Shown piece after piece: positions 45,662 through 60,292 of a DNA stretch of 64,000 nt. The stretch is from Eledone cirrhosa. Its lineage: Eukaryota. The notes beneath the pieces are model-generated. The model saw only the letters and a program-made list of their open reading frames with translations. It made no database searches and was not told the origin of the DNA. Both the position numbers and the translations under genes were made by a program. How positions within the stretch are numbered: the stretch's first letter is position 1; each line of letters opens with the position of its first letter. The stretch spans positions 128,836,001 to 128,900,000 of the forward strand of contig OZ024744.1 of the NCBI GenBank assembly GCA_964016885.1, written 5' to 3'.

Positions 45662-48600
45662 TTAGGTTTTTCGAAAACCTTATATAATCATTTTTTTTTA
45701 GGTTTTTCGAAACACCTTATATAATCAATTTTTTTATGTTTTTCGAAAAACCTTATATAATCATTTTTTTTATACTTTTAGAAATATTTATATCTGATTT
45801 CAAATATTTATTTTTCTAGGTTTTTCAAAAAACCTTATATAATCAATTTTTTTTAGGTTTTTCGAAAAATGTTATATAATCAATTTTTTTTAGGTTTTTC
45901 GAAAAACCTTATATAATCAATTTTTTTTTAGGTTTTTCGAAACACCTTATATAATCAATTTTTTTTAGGTTTTTCGAAAAACCTTATATAATCAATTTTT
46001 TTAGGTTTTTCGAAAAACCTTATATAATCAATTTTTTTAGGTTTTTCGTAAAACCTTATATAATCAATTTTTTTAGGTTTTTCGAAAAACCTTATATAAT
46101 CAATTTTTTTTAGGTTTTTCGAAATACCTTATATAATTAATTTTTTTTAGGTTTTTCGAAAAATCTTATATAATTAATTTATATCTGATTTCAAATATTG
46201 ATTTTTTTAGGTTTTTCGAAAACCTTATATAATCAATTTTTTTTAGGTTTTTCGAAAAAGAATGAATTCATATTCGAAATATATACTTCTGCATTAATCT
46301 TTTTACGTTTTTCTGATTTTTTGCATGTTTTGAAATTTAAAAAAAACGTAAAAAATTAATGCTTTTACAAATATTTTGAAATATTTACTTTCTAGTTTCA
46401 AATTTTGCAAATTAAATTTTTTTCTAAAAAAATCAGTTTTCGAAATCAGAAGTTAATATTTCGAAAAACGCAATTTAAAAAACTCATATTAATTTTTTTT
46501 CGAATGAAGTTTTTTTATGCTTTTAGAAATATTTATATCTGATTTAAAATATTGATTTTTTTAGGTTTACCTTATATAATCAAATTTTTTTAGGTTTTTC
46601 GAAAAAGAATGAATTTGAGTTCATAGTCGAAATATATACTTCTGCATCAATCTTTGATTTTTTGCATGTTTTGAAATCTAAAAAAAACGTAAAAAATTAA
46701 TGCTTTTACAAATATTTTGAAATATTTACTTTCTGGTTTCAAAGTTTGCAAATTAAATTTTTTTCGAAAAACCTAAAAAAATCAGTTTTCGAAATTAGAA
46801 GTTAATATTTCGAAAAACGCAATTTGAAAAACTCATATTAATTTTTTTTCGAATGAAGTTTTTTATACTTTTAGAAATATTTATATCTGATTACAAATAT
46901 TGATTTTTTTAGGTTTTTCGAAAAGTCTTATATAATCAATTTTTTTTAGGTTTTTCGAAAAAGAATGAATTTGAGTTCATAGTCGAAATATATATTTCTG
47001 CACTAATCTTTTTACGTTTTTCTGATTTTTTGCATGTTTTGAAATTTAAAAAAAACGTAAAAAATCAATATTTTGAAAAACGCAATTTGAAAAACTCATA
47101 TTAATTTTTTTTCGAATGAATTCTTTCATACTTTTAGAAATATTTATATCTGATTTTAAATATTGATTTTTTTAGGTTTACCTTATATAATCAAATTTTT
47201 TTAGGTTTTTCGAAAAAGAATGAATTTGAGTTCATAGTCGAAATATATACTTCTGCATTAATCTTTTTACGTTTTTCTGATTTTTTGTATGTTTTGAAAT
47301 TTAAAAAAAAACGTTATAAATTAATGCTTTTACAAATATTTTGAAATATTTACTTTCTGGTTTCGAATTTTGCAAATTAAATTTTTTTCGAAAAACCTAA
47401 AAAAATCAGTTTTCGAAATCAGAAGTTAATATTTCGAAAAACGCAATTTGAAAAACTCATATTAATTTTTTTTCGAATGAAGTTTTTTTATGCTTTTAGA
47501 AATATTTATATCTGATTTCAAATATTGATTTTTTTTAGGTTTTTCGAAAAAGAATGAATTTGAGTTCATAGTCGAAATACATATTTCTGCATTGATCTTT
47601 GATCTTTTGTATGTTTTGAAATTTAAAAAAAACGTAAAAAATTAATGCTTTTACAAATATTTTGAAATATTTACTTTCTGGTTTCAAAGTTTGCAAATTA
47701 AATTTTTTTCGAAAAACCTAAAAAAATCAGTTTTCGAAATCAGAAGTTAATATTTCGAAAAACGCAATTTGAAAAACTCATATTAATTTTTTTTCGAATG
47801 AAGTTTTTTTATGCTTTTAGAAATATTTATATCTGATTTCAAATATTGATTTTTTTAGGTTTTTCGAAAAATCTTATATAATCAATTTTTTTTAGGTTTT
47901 TCGAAAAAGAATGAATTTGAGTTCATAGTCGAAATATATACTTCTGCATTAATCTTTGATTTTTTGCATGTTTTGAAATTTAAAAAAAACGTAAAAAATT
48001 AATATTTCGAAAAACGCAATTTGAAAAACTCATATTAATTTTTTTTCGAATGAATTCTTTTATACTTTTAGAAATATTTATATCTGATTTTAAATATTGA
48101 TTTTTTTAGGTTTACCTTATATAATCAAATTTTTTTAGGTTGTTCGAAAAATCTTATATAATCAAATCTTTTTAGGTTTTTCGAAAAAGAATTTGAGTTC
48201 ATAGTCGAAATATATACTTCTGCATTAATCTTTTTACGTTTTTCTGATTTTTTGCATGTTTTGAAATTTAAAAAAAACGTAAAAAATTAATGCTTTTACA
48301 AATATTTTGAAATATTTACTTTCTGGTTTCAAATTTTGCAAATTAAATTTTTTTCGAAAAACCTAAAAAAATCAGTTTTCGAAATCAGAAGTTAATATTT
48401 CGAAAAACGCAATTTAAAAAACTCATATTAATTTTTTTTCGAATGAATTCTTTTAGAAATATTTATATCTGATTTCAAATATTGATTTTTTTAGGTTTAC
48501 CTTATATAATCAAATTTTTTTAGGTTTTTCGAAAAACCTTACATAATCAATTTTTTTTAGGTTTTTTCGAAAATCCTTATATAATCAATTTTTTACGTTT

Positions 48601-49046
48601 TTAGAAAAACCTTATATAATCAATTTTTTTTATACTTTTAGAAATATTTATATCTAATTTCAAATATTGATTTTTTTTAGATTTTTCGAAATACCTTATA
48701 TAATCAATTTTTCTAGGTGTTTCGAAAAACCTTATATAATCAATTTTTTTTAGGTTTTTCGAAAGACCTTATATAATCAATTTTTTTTAGGTTTTTCGGA
48801 AAACCTTATATAATCAATTTTTTTTATACTTTTAGAAATATTTATATCTAATTTCAAATATTGATTTTTTTTAGATTTTTCGAAATACCTTATATAATCA
48901 ATTTTTCTAGGTGTTTCGAAAAACCTTATATAATCAATTTTTTTTAGGTTTTTCGAAAGACCTTATATAATCAATTTTTTTTAGGTTTTTCGAAAAACCT
49001 TATATAATCAATTTTTTTAGGTTTTTCGACAACCTTATATAATCAA
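45662..49046 (+). repeat. AT-rich composite repeat island 4 (~3.39 kb)
   Basis: Same junctions; has about 155 extra bp near the 5' end and a ~194-bp tandem duplication near the 3' end relative to island 1. Confidence 0.95.
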
Positions 49047-52000
49047 GTTGAGTTTAAGTTAAGTTGGGATTAAGTTAAGTTGGGGTTAAGTTAAGATGGG
49101 GTTAAGTTATGTTGTGGTTAAGTTAAGTTGGGGTTAAATTAAGTTGGGGTTAAGTTAAGTTGGGGTTAAGTTAAGTTGGGGTTAAGTTAAGTTGGGGCTA
49201 AGTTAAGTTGGGGCTAAGTTAAGTTGGGGCTAAGTTAAGTTGGGGTTAAGTTAACTTTGGGTTAAGTTAAGTTGGGTTTGAGTTAAGTTGGGGTTAATTA
49301 AGTTGGGGTTAAGTTAAGTTGGGGTTAAGTTAAGTTGGGGTTAAGTTAAGTTGGGGTTAAGTTAAGTTGATGTTAAGTTAAGTTGGGGTTAATTTAAGTT
49401 GGGGTTAAGTTAAGTTGGGGCTAAGTTAAGTTGGAGCTAAGTTAAGTTGGGGCTAAGTTAAGTTGGGGTTAAGTTAAGTTGGGGTTAAGTTAAGTTGGGG
49501 TTAATTTAAATTGGGGTTAATTTAAATTTGTTGTTAAGTTAAGTTGGGGTTAATTTAAGTTGGGGTTAAGTTAAGTTGGGGTTGAGTTAAGTTGGGGTTG
49601 AGTGAAGTTGGGGTTAAGTTAAGTTGGGGTTAAGTTAAGTTGGGGTTGAGTTAAGTTGGGGTTAATTTAAGTTGGGGCTAAGTTCATTTGGGGTTCAGTT
49701 AAGTTGGGGTTAAATTAAGTTGGGGTTAAGTTAAGTTGGGGTTAAATTAAGTTGGGGTTAAGTTAAGTTGGGGTTAAGTTAAGTTGGGGTTAAGTTAATT
49801 TGGGGTTAAGTGAAGTTAGGGTTAAGTTAAGTTGGGGTTGAGTTAAGTTGGGGGTAAGTTAAGTTGGGGTTATGTTAAGTTGGGGTTACGTTAAGTTGGG
49901 TTTAAGTTAAGTTGGGGTTAAGTTAAGTTGGGGTTAAGTTAAGTTGGGGTTAATTTAAGTTGGGGTTAAGTTAAGTTGGGATTAATTTAAGTTGGGGTTA
50001 AGTTAAGTTGGGGTTAAGTTAAGTTGGGGTTAAGTTAATTTGGGGTTAAGTTAAGTTAGGGTAAAGTTAAGTTGGGGTTGAGTTAAGTTGGGGTAAGTTA
50101 AGTTGGGGTTAAGTTAAGTTGGGGTTAAGTTAAGTTGGGGTTAAGTTAAGTTAGGCTTAACTTAAGTTGGGGTTAAGTTAAGTTGGGGGTGAGTTAAGTT
50201 GGGGGTAAGTTAAGTTGGGGTTAAGTTAAGTTGGGGTTAAGTTGGGGTTAAGTTAAGTTAGGGTTAAGTTAATTTGGGGTTGAGTTAAGTTGGGGTTAAG
50301 TTAAGTGGTGGTTATGTTAAGTTGGGGTTAAGTTAAGTTGGGGTTAATTTAAATTGGGGTTAATTTAAATTTGTTGTTAAGTTAAGTTGGGGTTAATTTA
50401 AGTTGGGGTTAAGTTAAGTTGGGGTTGAGTTAAGTTGGGGTTAATTTAAGTTGGGGCTAAGTTAATTTGGGGTTAAGTTAAGTTGGGGTTAAATTAAGTT
50501 GGGGTTAAGTTAAGTTGGGGTTGAGTTAAGTTGGGGTTAATTTAAGTTGGGGCTAAGTTAATTTGGGGTTAAGTTAAGTTGGGGTTAAATTAAGTTGGGG
50601 TTAAGTTAAGTTGGGGTTAAGTTAAGTTGGGGTTAAGTTAATTTGGGGTTAAGTGAAGTTAGGGTTAAGTTAAGTTGGGGCTGAGTTAAGTTGGGGGTAA
50701 GTTAAGTTGGGGTTGAGTTAAGTTGGGGTTAATTTAAGTTGGGGCTAAGTTAATTTGGGGTTAAGTTAAGTTGGGGTTAAATTAAGTTGGGGTTAAGTTA
50801 AGTTGGGGTTAAGTTAAGTTGGGGTTAAGTTAATTTGGGGTTAAGTGAAGTTGGGGTTAAGTTAAGTTGGGGTTAAGTTAAGTTGTGGTTGAGTGAAGTT
50901 GGGGTTAAGTTAAGTTGGGGTTAAATTAAGTTGGTGTTAAGTTAAGTTGGGGTTGAGTTAAGTTGGGGTTAATTTAAGTTGGGGCTAAGTTAATTTGGGG
51001 TTAAGTTAAGTTGGGGTTAAATTAAGTTGGGGTTAAGTTAAGTTGGGGTTAAGTTAAGTTGGGGTTAAGTTAATTTGGGGTTAAGTGAAGTTAGGGTTAA
51101 GTTAAGTTGGGGCTGAGTTAAGTTGGGGGTAAGTTAAGTTGGGGTTATGTTAAGTTGGGGTTAAGTTAAGTTGGGGTTAAGTTAAGTTGGGGTTCAGTTA
51201 AGTTGCGGTTAAGTTAAGTTGGGGTTAAGTTAAGTTGGGGTTAAGTTAAGTTGGGGTTAATTTAAGTTGGGGTTAAGTTAAGTTGGGGTTAAGTTAATTT
51301 GTGGTTAAGTTAAGTTGGGGTTAAGTTAAGTTGGGGTTAAATTCAGTCGGGGTTAAGTTAAGTCGGGGTTAAGTTACGTTGGGGTTAAGTTAAGTTGGGG
51401 TTAAGTTAAGTTGGGGTTGAGTTAAGTTGGGGCTAAGTTAAGTTGGGGTTAAGTTAAGTTGGGGTTAAGTTAAGTTGGGGTTAAGTTAAGTTGGGGTTAA
51501 TTTAAGTTGGGGTTAAGTTAAGTTGGGGTTAATTTAAGTTGGGGTTAATTTAAGTTGGGGTTAAGTTAAGTTGGGGTTAAGTTAAGTTGGGGTAACGTTA
51601 AGTTGGGGGTAAGTTAAGTTGGGGTTAAGTTAAGTTGGGGTTAAGTTGGGGTTAAGTTAAGTTAGGGTTAACTTAAGTTGGGGTTGTGTTAAGTGGTGGT
51701 TATGTTAAGTGGTGGTTATGTTAAGTTGGGGTTAAGTTAAGTTGGGGTTAAGTTAAGTTGGGGTTAAGTTAAGTTGGGGTTAAGTTAATTAGGGTTAAGT
51801 TAAGTTGGGTTTAAGTTAAGTTGGGGTTAAGTTAATTTGTGGTTAAGTTAAGTTGGGGTTAAGTTAAGTTGGGGTTAAGTTAAGTTGGGGATAAGTTAAG
51901 TTGGGGATAAGTTAAGTTGGGGTTAATTAAGTTGGGTTTAAGTTAAGTTGGGGTTAAGTTAAGTCGGGGTTAAGTTAAGTTGGGGTTAAGTTAAGTTGGG

Positions 52001-55000
52001 GGTAAGATAAGTTGGGGTTAGTTAAGTTGGGGTTAAGTAAAGTTGGGGTTCAGTTAAGTTGGGGTTAAGTTAAGTTAGGCTTAACTTAAGTTGGGGTTAA
52101 GTTAAGTTGGGGGTGAGTTAAGTTGGGGGTAAGTTAAGTTGGGGTTAAGTTAAGTTGGGGTTAAGTTGGGGTTAAGTTAATTTAGGGTTAAGTTAAGTTG
52201 GGGTTGAGTTAAGTTGGGGTTAAGTTAAGTGGTGGTTATGTTAAGTTGGGGTTAAGTTAAGTTGGGGTTAATTTAAATTGGGGTTAATTTAACTTTGTGG
52301 TTAAGTTAATTTGGGGTTAATTTAAGTTGGGGTTAAGTTAAGTTGGGGTTAATTTAATTTGTGGTTAAGTTAAGTTGGGGTTAAGTTAAGTTGGCGTTGA
52401 GTTAAGCTGGGGTTAAGTTAAGTTGGGGTTAAAATAAGTTGGGGTTAAGTTAAGTTGGGGTTGGGTTAAGTTGGGGTTGAGTTAATTTGGGGTTAAGTTA
52501 AGTTGGGGTTAACTTAAGTTGGTTTTAATTTAAGTTGGGGTTAAGTTAAGTTGGGGTTATAATTAAGTTGGGGTTAAGTTAAGTTGGGGGTAAGATAAGT
52601 TGGGGTTAGTTAAGTTGCGGTTAAGTTAAGTTGGGGTTAAGTTAAGTTGGGGTTAAGTTAAGTTGGGGTTAAGTTAAGTTGGGGTTAATTTAAGTTGGGG
52701 TTAATTTAAGTTGGGGTAAAGTTAAGTTGGGGGTAAGTTAAGTTGGGGTTAAGTTAAGTTGGGTTAAGTTGGGGTTAAGTTAAGTTAGGGTTAACTTAAG
52801 TTGGGGTTGTGTTAAGTGGTGGTTATGTTAAGTGGTGGTTATGTTAAGTTGGGGTTAAGTTAAGTTGGGGTTAAGTTAAGTTGGGGTTAAGTTAAGTTGG
52901 GGTTCAGTTAAGTTGGGGTTAAGTTAAGTTGGGGTTAAGTTGGGGTAAAATTAAGTTGGGGTTAAGTTAAGTTGGGGTTAAGTTAAGTTGCGGTTAAGTT
53001 AAGTTGCCGTTAAGTTAAGTTGAGGTTAAGTTAAGTTGGGGTTAAGTTAAGTTGGGGTTAAGTTAAGTTGGGGCTAAGTTAAGTTGGGGCTAAGTTAAGT
53101 TGGGGTTAAGTTGGGGTTAAGTTAAGTTGCGGTTAAGTTAAGTTGATGTTAAGTTAAGTTGGGGTTAAGTTAAGTTGGGGTTAAGTTAAGTTGGGGCTAA
53201 GTTAAGTTGGAGCTGAGTTAAGTTGGGGCTAAGTTAAGTTGGGGTTAAGTTAAGTTGGGGTTAAGTTAAGGTGGGGTTAAGTTAAGTTGGGGTCAACTTA
53301 AGTTGGGGTTAAGTTAAGTTGGGGTTAACTTAAGTTGGGGTTAAGTTAAGTTGGGGTTAAGTTAAGTTGGGGTTAAGCTAAGTTGGGGTTACGTTAAGTT
53401 GGGGTTATGTTAAGTTGGGGTTACGTTAAGTTGGGTTTAAGTTAAGTTGGGGTTAAGTTAAGTTGGGGTTAAGTTAAGTTGGGGTTAATTTAAGTTGGGG
53501 TTAAGTTAAGTTGGGATTAATTTAAGTTGGGGTTAAGTTAAGTTGGGGTTAAGTTAAGTTGGGGTTAAATTAAGTTGGGGTTAAGTTAAGTTGGGGTTAA
53601 GTTAAGTTGGGGTTAAGTTAATTTGGGGTTAAGTTAAGTTAGGGTAAAGTTAAGTTGGGGTTGAGTTAAGTTGGGGTAAGTTAAGTTGGGGTTAAGTTAA
53701 GTTTGGGTTAAGTTAAGTTGGGGTTAAGTTAAGTTAGGCTTAACTTAAGTTGGGGTTAAGTTAAGTTGGGGGTGAGTTAAGTTGGGGGTAAGTTAAGTTG
53801 GGGTTAAGTTAAGTTGGGGTTAAGTTGGGGTTAAGTTAAGTTAGGGTTAAGTTAATTTGGGGTTGAGTTAAGTTGGGGTTAAGTTAAGTGGTGGTTATGT
53901 TAAGTTGGGGTTAAGTTAAGTTGGGGTTAATTTAAATTGGGGTTAATTTAAATTTGTTGTTAAGTTAAGTTGGGGTTAATTTAAGTTGGGGTTAAGTTAA
54001 GTTGGGGTTGAGTTAAGTTGTGGTTGAGTGAAGTTGGGGTTAAGTTAAGTTGGGGTTAAATTAAGTTGGGGTTAAGTTAAGTTGGGGTTGAGTTAAGTTG
54101 GGGTTAATTTAAGTTGGGGCTAAGTTAATTTGGGGTTAAGTTAAGTTGGGGTTAAATTAAGTTGGGGTTAAGTTAAGTTGGGGTTAAGTTAAGTTGGGGC
54201 TGAGTTAAGTTGGGGGTAAGTTAAGTTGGGGTTATGTTAAGTTGGGGTTAAGTTAAGTTGGGGTTAAGTTAAGTTGGGGTTCAGTTAAGTTGCGGTTAAG
54301 TTAAGTTGGGGTTAAGTTAAGTTGGGGTTAAGTTAAGTTGGGGTTAATTTAAGTTGGGGTTAAGTTAAGTTGGGGTTAAGTTAAGTTGGGGTTAAATTCA
54401 GTCGGGGTTAAGTTAAGTCGGGGTTAAGTTACGTTGGGGTTAAGTTAAGTTGGGGTTAAGTTAAGTTGGGGTTGAGTTAAGTTGGGGTTAAGTTAAGTTG
54501 GGGTTAAGTTAAGTTGGGGTTAAGTTAAGTTGGGGTTAAGTTAAGTTGGGGTTAATTTAAGTTGGGGTTAAGTTAAGTTGGGGTTAAGTTAAGTTGGGGT
54601 AACGTTAAGTTGGGGGTAAGTTAAGTTGGGGTTAAGTTAAGTTGGGGTTAAGTTGGGGTTAAGTTAAGTTAGGGTTAACTTAAGTTGGGGTTGTGTTAAG
54701 TGGTGGTTATGTTAAGTGGTGGTTATGTTAAGTTGGGGTTAAGTTAAGTTGGGGTTAAGTTAAGTTGGGGTTAAGTTAAGTTGGGGTTAAGTTAATTAGG
54801 GTTAAGTTAAGTTGGGTTTAAGTTAAGTTGGGGTTAAGTTAATTTGTGGTTAAGTTAAGTTGGGGTTAAGTTAAGTTGGGGTTAAGTTAAGTTGGGGATA
54901 AGTTAAGTTGGGGATAAGTTAAGTTGGGGATAAGTTAAGTTGGGGTTAATTAAGTTGGCTTTAAGTTAAGTTGGGGTTAAGTTAAGTCGGGGTTAAGTTA

Positions 55001-58000
55001 AGTTGGGGTTAAGTTAAGTTGGTTAGTTAAGTTGAGTTTAAGTTAAGTTGGGGTTAATTTAAGTTGGGGTTAAGTTAAGTTGGGGTTAAGTTAAGTTGGG
55101 GTTAAGTTAAGTTGGGGTTCAGTTAAGTTGGGGTTAAGTTAAGTTGGGGTTAACTTGGGGTAAAATTAAGTTGGGGTTAAGTTAAGTTGGGGTTAAGTTA
55201 AGTTGCGGTTAAGTTAAGTTGCCGTTAAGTTAAGTTGAGGTTAAGTTAAGTTGGGGTTAAGTTAAGTTGGGGTTAAGTTAAGTTGGGGCTAAGTTAAGTT
55301 GGGGCTAAGTTAAGTTGGGGTTAAGTTAACTTTGGGTTAAGTTAAGTTGGGTTTGAGTTAAGTTGGGGTTAATTAAGTTGGGGTTAAGTTAAGTTGGGGT
55401 TAAGTTGGGGTTAAGTTAAGTTGCGGTTAAGTTAAGTTGATGTTAAGTTAAGTTGGGGTTAAGTTAAGTTGGGGTTAAGTTAAGTTGGGGCTAAGTTAAG
55501 TTGGAGCTGAGTTAAGTTGGATCTAAGTTAAGTTGGGGTTAAGTTAAGTTGGGGTTAAGTTAAGGTGGGGTTAAGTTAAGTTGGGGTCAACTTAAGTTGG
55601 GGTTAAGTTAAGTTGGGGTTAACTTAAGTTGGGGTTAAGTTAAGTTGGGGTTAAGTTAAGTTGGGGTTAAGTTAAGTTGGGGTTACGTTAAGTTGGGGGT
55701 AAGTCAAGTTGGTGTTAAGTTAAGTTGGCGGTAAGTTAAGATGGGGTTAAGTTAAGTTGGGGTTAATTTAATTTGGGGTTAAGTTAAGTTAGGGTTAAGT
55801 TAAGTTGGGGTTGAGTTAAGTTGGGGTTAAGTTAAGTTGGGGTTATGTTAAGTTGGGGTTAAGTTAAGTTGGGGTTAAGTTAAGTTGGGGTTCAATTAAG
55901 TTGCGGATAATTTAAGTTGGGGTTAAGTTAAGTTGGGGTTAAGTTAAGTTGGGGTTAAGTTAAGTTGGGGTTAAATTAAGTTGGGGTTAAATTAAGTTGG
56001 GGTTAAGTTAAGTTGGGGTTATGTTAAGTTGGTGTTAAGTTAAGTTGGGGTTAAGTTAAGTTGGGGTTAAGTTAGGTTGGTGTTAATTTAAGTTGGGGGT
56101 AAGTTAAGTTGGGGTAAGTTAAGTTGGTGTTAAGTTAAGTTGGGGTTAAGTTAAGTTGGGGTTAAATTAAGTTGGGGTTAAGTTAAGTTGGGGTTGAGTG
56201 AAGTTGGGGTTAAGTTAAGTTGGGGTTAAGTAAAGTTAGGGCTAAGTTAAGTTGGGGTTAAGTTAAGTTGGGGTTAATTTAAGTTGGGGTTACATTAAGT
56301 TGATGTTAAGTTAAGTTGGGGTTAAGTTAAGTTGGGGTTAAATTAAGTTGGGGTTAAATTAAGTTGGGGTTAAGTTAAGTTGGGGTTAAGTTAGGTTGGT
56401 GTTAAGTTAAGTTGGGGTTAAGTTAATTTGTGGTTAAGTTAAGTTGGGGTTAAGTTAAGTTGGGGTTAAGTTAATTAGGGTTAAGTTAAGTTGGGGTTAA
56501 GTTAAGTTGGGGTTAAGTTAAGTTGGGGTTAAGTTAAGTTGGGGTTAAGTTAAGTTGGGGTTAAGTTAATTTGGGGTTAAGTTAAGTTAGGGTAAAGTTA
56601 AGTTGGGGTTGAGTTAAGTTGGGGTAAGTTAAGTTGGGGTTAAGTTAAGTTTGGGTTAAGTTAAGTTGGGGTTAAGTTAAGTTAGGCTTAACTTAAGTTG
56701 GGGTTAAGTTAAGTTGGGGGTGAGTTAAGTTGGGGGTAAGTTAAGTTGGGGTTAAGTTAAGTTGGGGTTAAGTTGGGGTTAAGTTAAGTTAGGGTTAAGT
56801 TAATTTGGGGTTGAGTTAAGTTGGGGTTAAGTTAAGTGGTGGTTATGTTAAGTTGGGGTTAAGTTAAGTTGGGGTTAATTTAAATTGGGGTTAATTTAAA
56901 TTTGTTGTTAAGTTAAGTTGGGGTTAATTTAAGTTGGGGTTAAGTTAAGTTGGGGTTGAGTTAAGTTGTGGTTGAGTGAAGTTGGGGTTAAGTTAAGTTG
57001 GGGTTAAATTAAGTTGGGGTTAAGTTAAGTTGGGGTTGAGTTAAGTTGGGGTTAATTTAAGTTGGGGCTAAGTTAATTTGGGGTTAAGTTAAGTTGGGGT
57101 TAAATTAAGTTGGGGTAAGTTAAGTTGGGGTTAAGTTAAGTTTGGGTTAAGTTAAGTTGGGGTTAAGTTAAGTTAGGCTTAACTTAAGTTGGGGTTAAGT
57201 TAAGTTGGGGGTGAGTTAAGTTGGGGGTAAGTTAAGTTGGGGTTAAGTTAAGTTGGGGTTAAGTTGGGGTTAAGTTAAGTTAGGGTTAAGTTAATTTGGG
57301 GTTGAGTTAAGTTGGGGTTAAGTTAAGTGGTGGTTATGTTAAGTTGGGGTTAAGTTAAGTTGGGGTTAATTTAAATTGGGGTTAATTTAAATTTGTTGTT
57401 AAGTTAAGTTGGGGTTAATTTAAGTTGGGGTTAAGTTAAGTTGGGGTTGAGTTAAGTTGTGGTTGAGTGAAGTTGGGGTTAAGTTAAGTTGGGGTTAAAT
57501 TAAGTTGGGGTTAAGTTAAGTTGGGGTTGAGTTAAGTTGGGGTTAATTTAAGTTGGGGCTAAGTTAATTTGGGGTTAAGTTAAGTTGGGGTTAAATTAAG
57601 TTGGGGTTAAGTTAAGTTGGGGTTAAGTTAAGTTGGGGTTAAGTTAATTTGGGGTTAAGTGAAGTTAGGGTTAAGTTAAGTTGGGGCTGAGTTAAGTTGG
57701 GGGTAAGTTAAGTTGGGGTTATGTTAAGTTGGGGTTAAGTTAAGTTGGGGTTAAGTTAAGTTGGGGTTCAGTTAAGTTGCGGTTAAGTTAAGTTGGGGTT
57801 AAGTTAAGTTGGGGTTAAGTTAAGTTGGGGTTAATTTAAGTTGGCGTTAAGTTAAGTTGGGGTTAAGTTAAGTTGGGGTTAAATTCAGTCGGGGTTAAGT
57901 TAAGTCGGGGTTAAGTTACGTTGGGGTTAAGTTAAGTTGGGGTTAAGTTAAGTTGGGGTTGAGTTAAGTTGGGGTTAAGTTAAGTTGGGGTTAAGTTAAG

Positions 58001-60292
58001 TTGGGGTTAAGTTAAGTTGGGGTTAAGTTAAGTTGGGGTTAATTTAAGTTGGGGTTAAGTTAAGTTGGGCTTAAGTTAAGTTGGGGTAACGTTAAGTTGG
58101 GGGTAAGTTAAGTTGGGGTTAAGTTAAGTTGGGGTTAAGTTGGGGTTAAGTTAAGTTAGGGTTAACTTAAGTTGGGGTTGTGTTAAGTGGTGGTTATGTT
58201 AAGTGGTGGTTATGTTAAGTTGGGGTTAAGTTAAGTTGGGGTTAAGTTAAGTTGGGGTTAAGTTAAGTTGGGGTTAAGTTAATTAGGGTTAAGTTAAGTT
58301 GGGTTTAAGTTAAGTTGGGGTTAAGTTAATTTGTGGTTAAGTTAAGTTGGGGTTAAGTTAAGTTGGGGTTAAGTTAAGTTGGGGATAAGTTAAGTTGGGG
58401 ATAAGTTAAGTTGGGGTTAATTAAGTTGGGTTTAAGTTAAGTTGGGGTTAAGTTAAGTCGGGGTTAAGTTAAGTTGGGGTTAAGTTAAGTTGGTTAGTTA
58501 AGTTGAGTTTAAGTTAAGTTGGGGTTAATTTAAGTTGGGGTTAAGTTAAGTTGGGGTTAAGTTAAGTTGGGGTTAAGTTAAGTTGGGGTTCAGTTAAGTT
58601 GGGGTTAAGTTAAGTTGGGGTTAACTTGGGGTAAAATTAAGTTGGGGTTAAGTTAAGTTGGGGTTAAGTTAAGTTGCGGTTAAGTTAAGTTGCCGTTAAG
58701 TTAAGTTGAGGTTAAGTTAAGTTGGGGTTAAGTTAAGTTGGGGTTAAGTTAAGTTGGGGCTAAGTTAAGTTGGGGCTAAGTTAAGTTGGGGTTAAGTTAA
58801 CTTTGGGTTAAGTTAAGTTGGGTTTGAGTTAAGTTGGGGTTAATTAAGTTGGGGTTAAGTTAAGTTGGGGTTAAGTTGGGGTTAAGTTAAGTTGCGGTTA
58901 AGTTAAGTTGATGTTAAGTTAAGTTGGGGTTAAGTTAAGTTGGGGTTAAGTTAAGTTGGGGCTAAGTTAAGTTGGAGCTGAGTTAAGTTGGATCTAAGTT
59001 AAGTTGGGGTTAAGTTAAGTTGGGGTTAAGTTAAGGTGGGGTTAAGTTAAGTTGGGGTCAACTTAAGTTGGGGTTAAGTTAAGTTGGGGTTAACTTAAGT
59101 TGGGGTTAAGTTAAGTTGGGGTTAAGTTAAGTTGGGGTTAAGTTAAGTTGGGGTTACGTTAAGTTGGGGGTAAGTCAAGTTGGTGTTAAGTTAAGTTGGC
59201 GGTAAGTTAAGATGGGGTTAAGTTAAGTTGGGGTTAATTTAATTTGGGGTTAAGTTAAGTTAGGGTTAAGTTAAGTTGGGGTTGAGTTAAGTTGGGGTTA
59301 AGTTAAGTTGGGGTTATGTTAAGTTGGGGTTAAGTTAAGTTGGGGTTAAGTTAAGTTGGGGTTCAATTAAGTTGCGGATAATTTAAGTTGGGGTTAAGTT
59401 AAGTTGGGGTTAAGTTAAGTTGGGGTTAAGTTAAGTTGGGGTTAAATTAAGTTGGGGTTAAATTAAGTTGGGGTTAAGTTAAGTTGGGGTTATGTTAAGT
59501 TGGTGTTAAGTTAAGTTGGGGTTAAGTTAAGTTGGGGTTAAGTTAGGTTGGTGTTAATTTAAGTTGGGGGTAAGTTAAGTTGGGGTAAGTTAAGTTGGTG
59601 TTAAGTTAAGTTGGGGTTAAGTTAAGTTGGGGTTAAATTAAGTTGAGGTTAAGTTAAGTTGGGGTTGAGTGAAGTTGGGGTTAAGTTAAGTTGGGGTTAA
59701 GTAAAGTTAGGGCTAAGTTAAGTTGGGGTTAAGTTAAGTTGGGGTTAATTTAAGTTGGGGTTACATTAAGTTGATGTTAAGTTAAGTTGGGGTTAAGTTA
59801 AGTTGGGGTTAAGTTAAGTTGGGGTTAAATTAAGTTGGGGTTAAATTAAGTTGGGGTTAAGTTAAGTTGGGGTTAAGTTAGGTTGGTGTTAAGTTAAGTT
59901 GGGGTTAAGTTAATTAGGGTTAAGTTAAATTGGGGTTAAGTTAAGTTGGGGTTAAGTTAAGTTGGGGTTAAGTTAAGTTGGGTTTAAGTTAAGTTGGGGC
60001 TAAGTTAAGTTAGGGCTAAGTTAAGTTGGGGTTAAGTTAAGTTGGGGTTAATTTAAGTTGGGGTTACATTAAGTTGAGGTTAAGTTAAGTTGTGGTTATG
60101 TTAAGTTAGGGTTAATTTAAGTTAGGGTTATGTTAAGTTGGGGTTAAGTTAAGTTGGGGTTAAGTTAGGTTGGTGTTAAGTTAAGTTGGGGTTAAGTTAA
60201 GTTGGGGTTATGTTAAGTTGGGGTTAAGTTAAGTTGGGGTTAAGTTAAGTTGGGGGTAAGTTAAGTTGGGTTTGAGTTAAGTTGGGGTTAAG
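49047..60292 (+). repeat. 16-bp satellite block 5 (~11.2 kb)
   Basis: Same monomer; about 52860-60292 matches 38100-45661. Confidence 0.98.
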
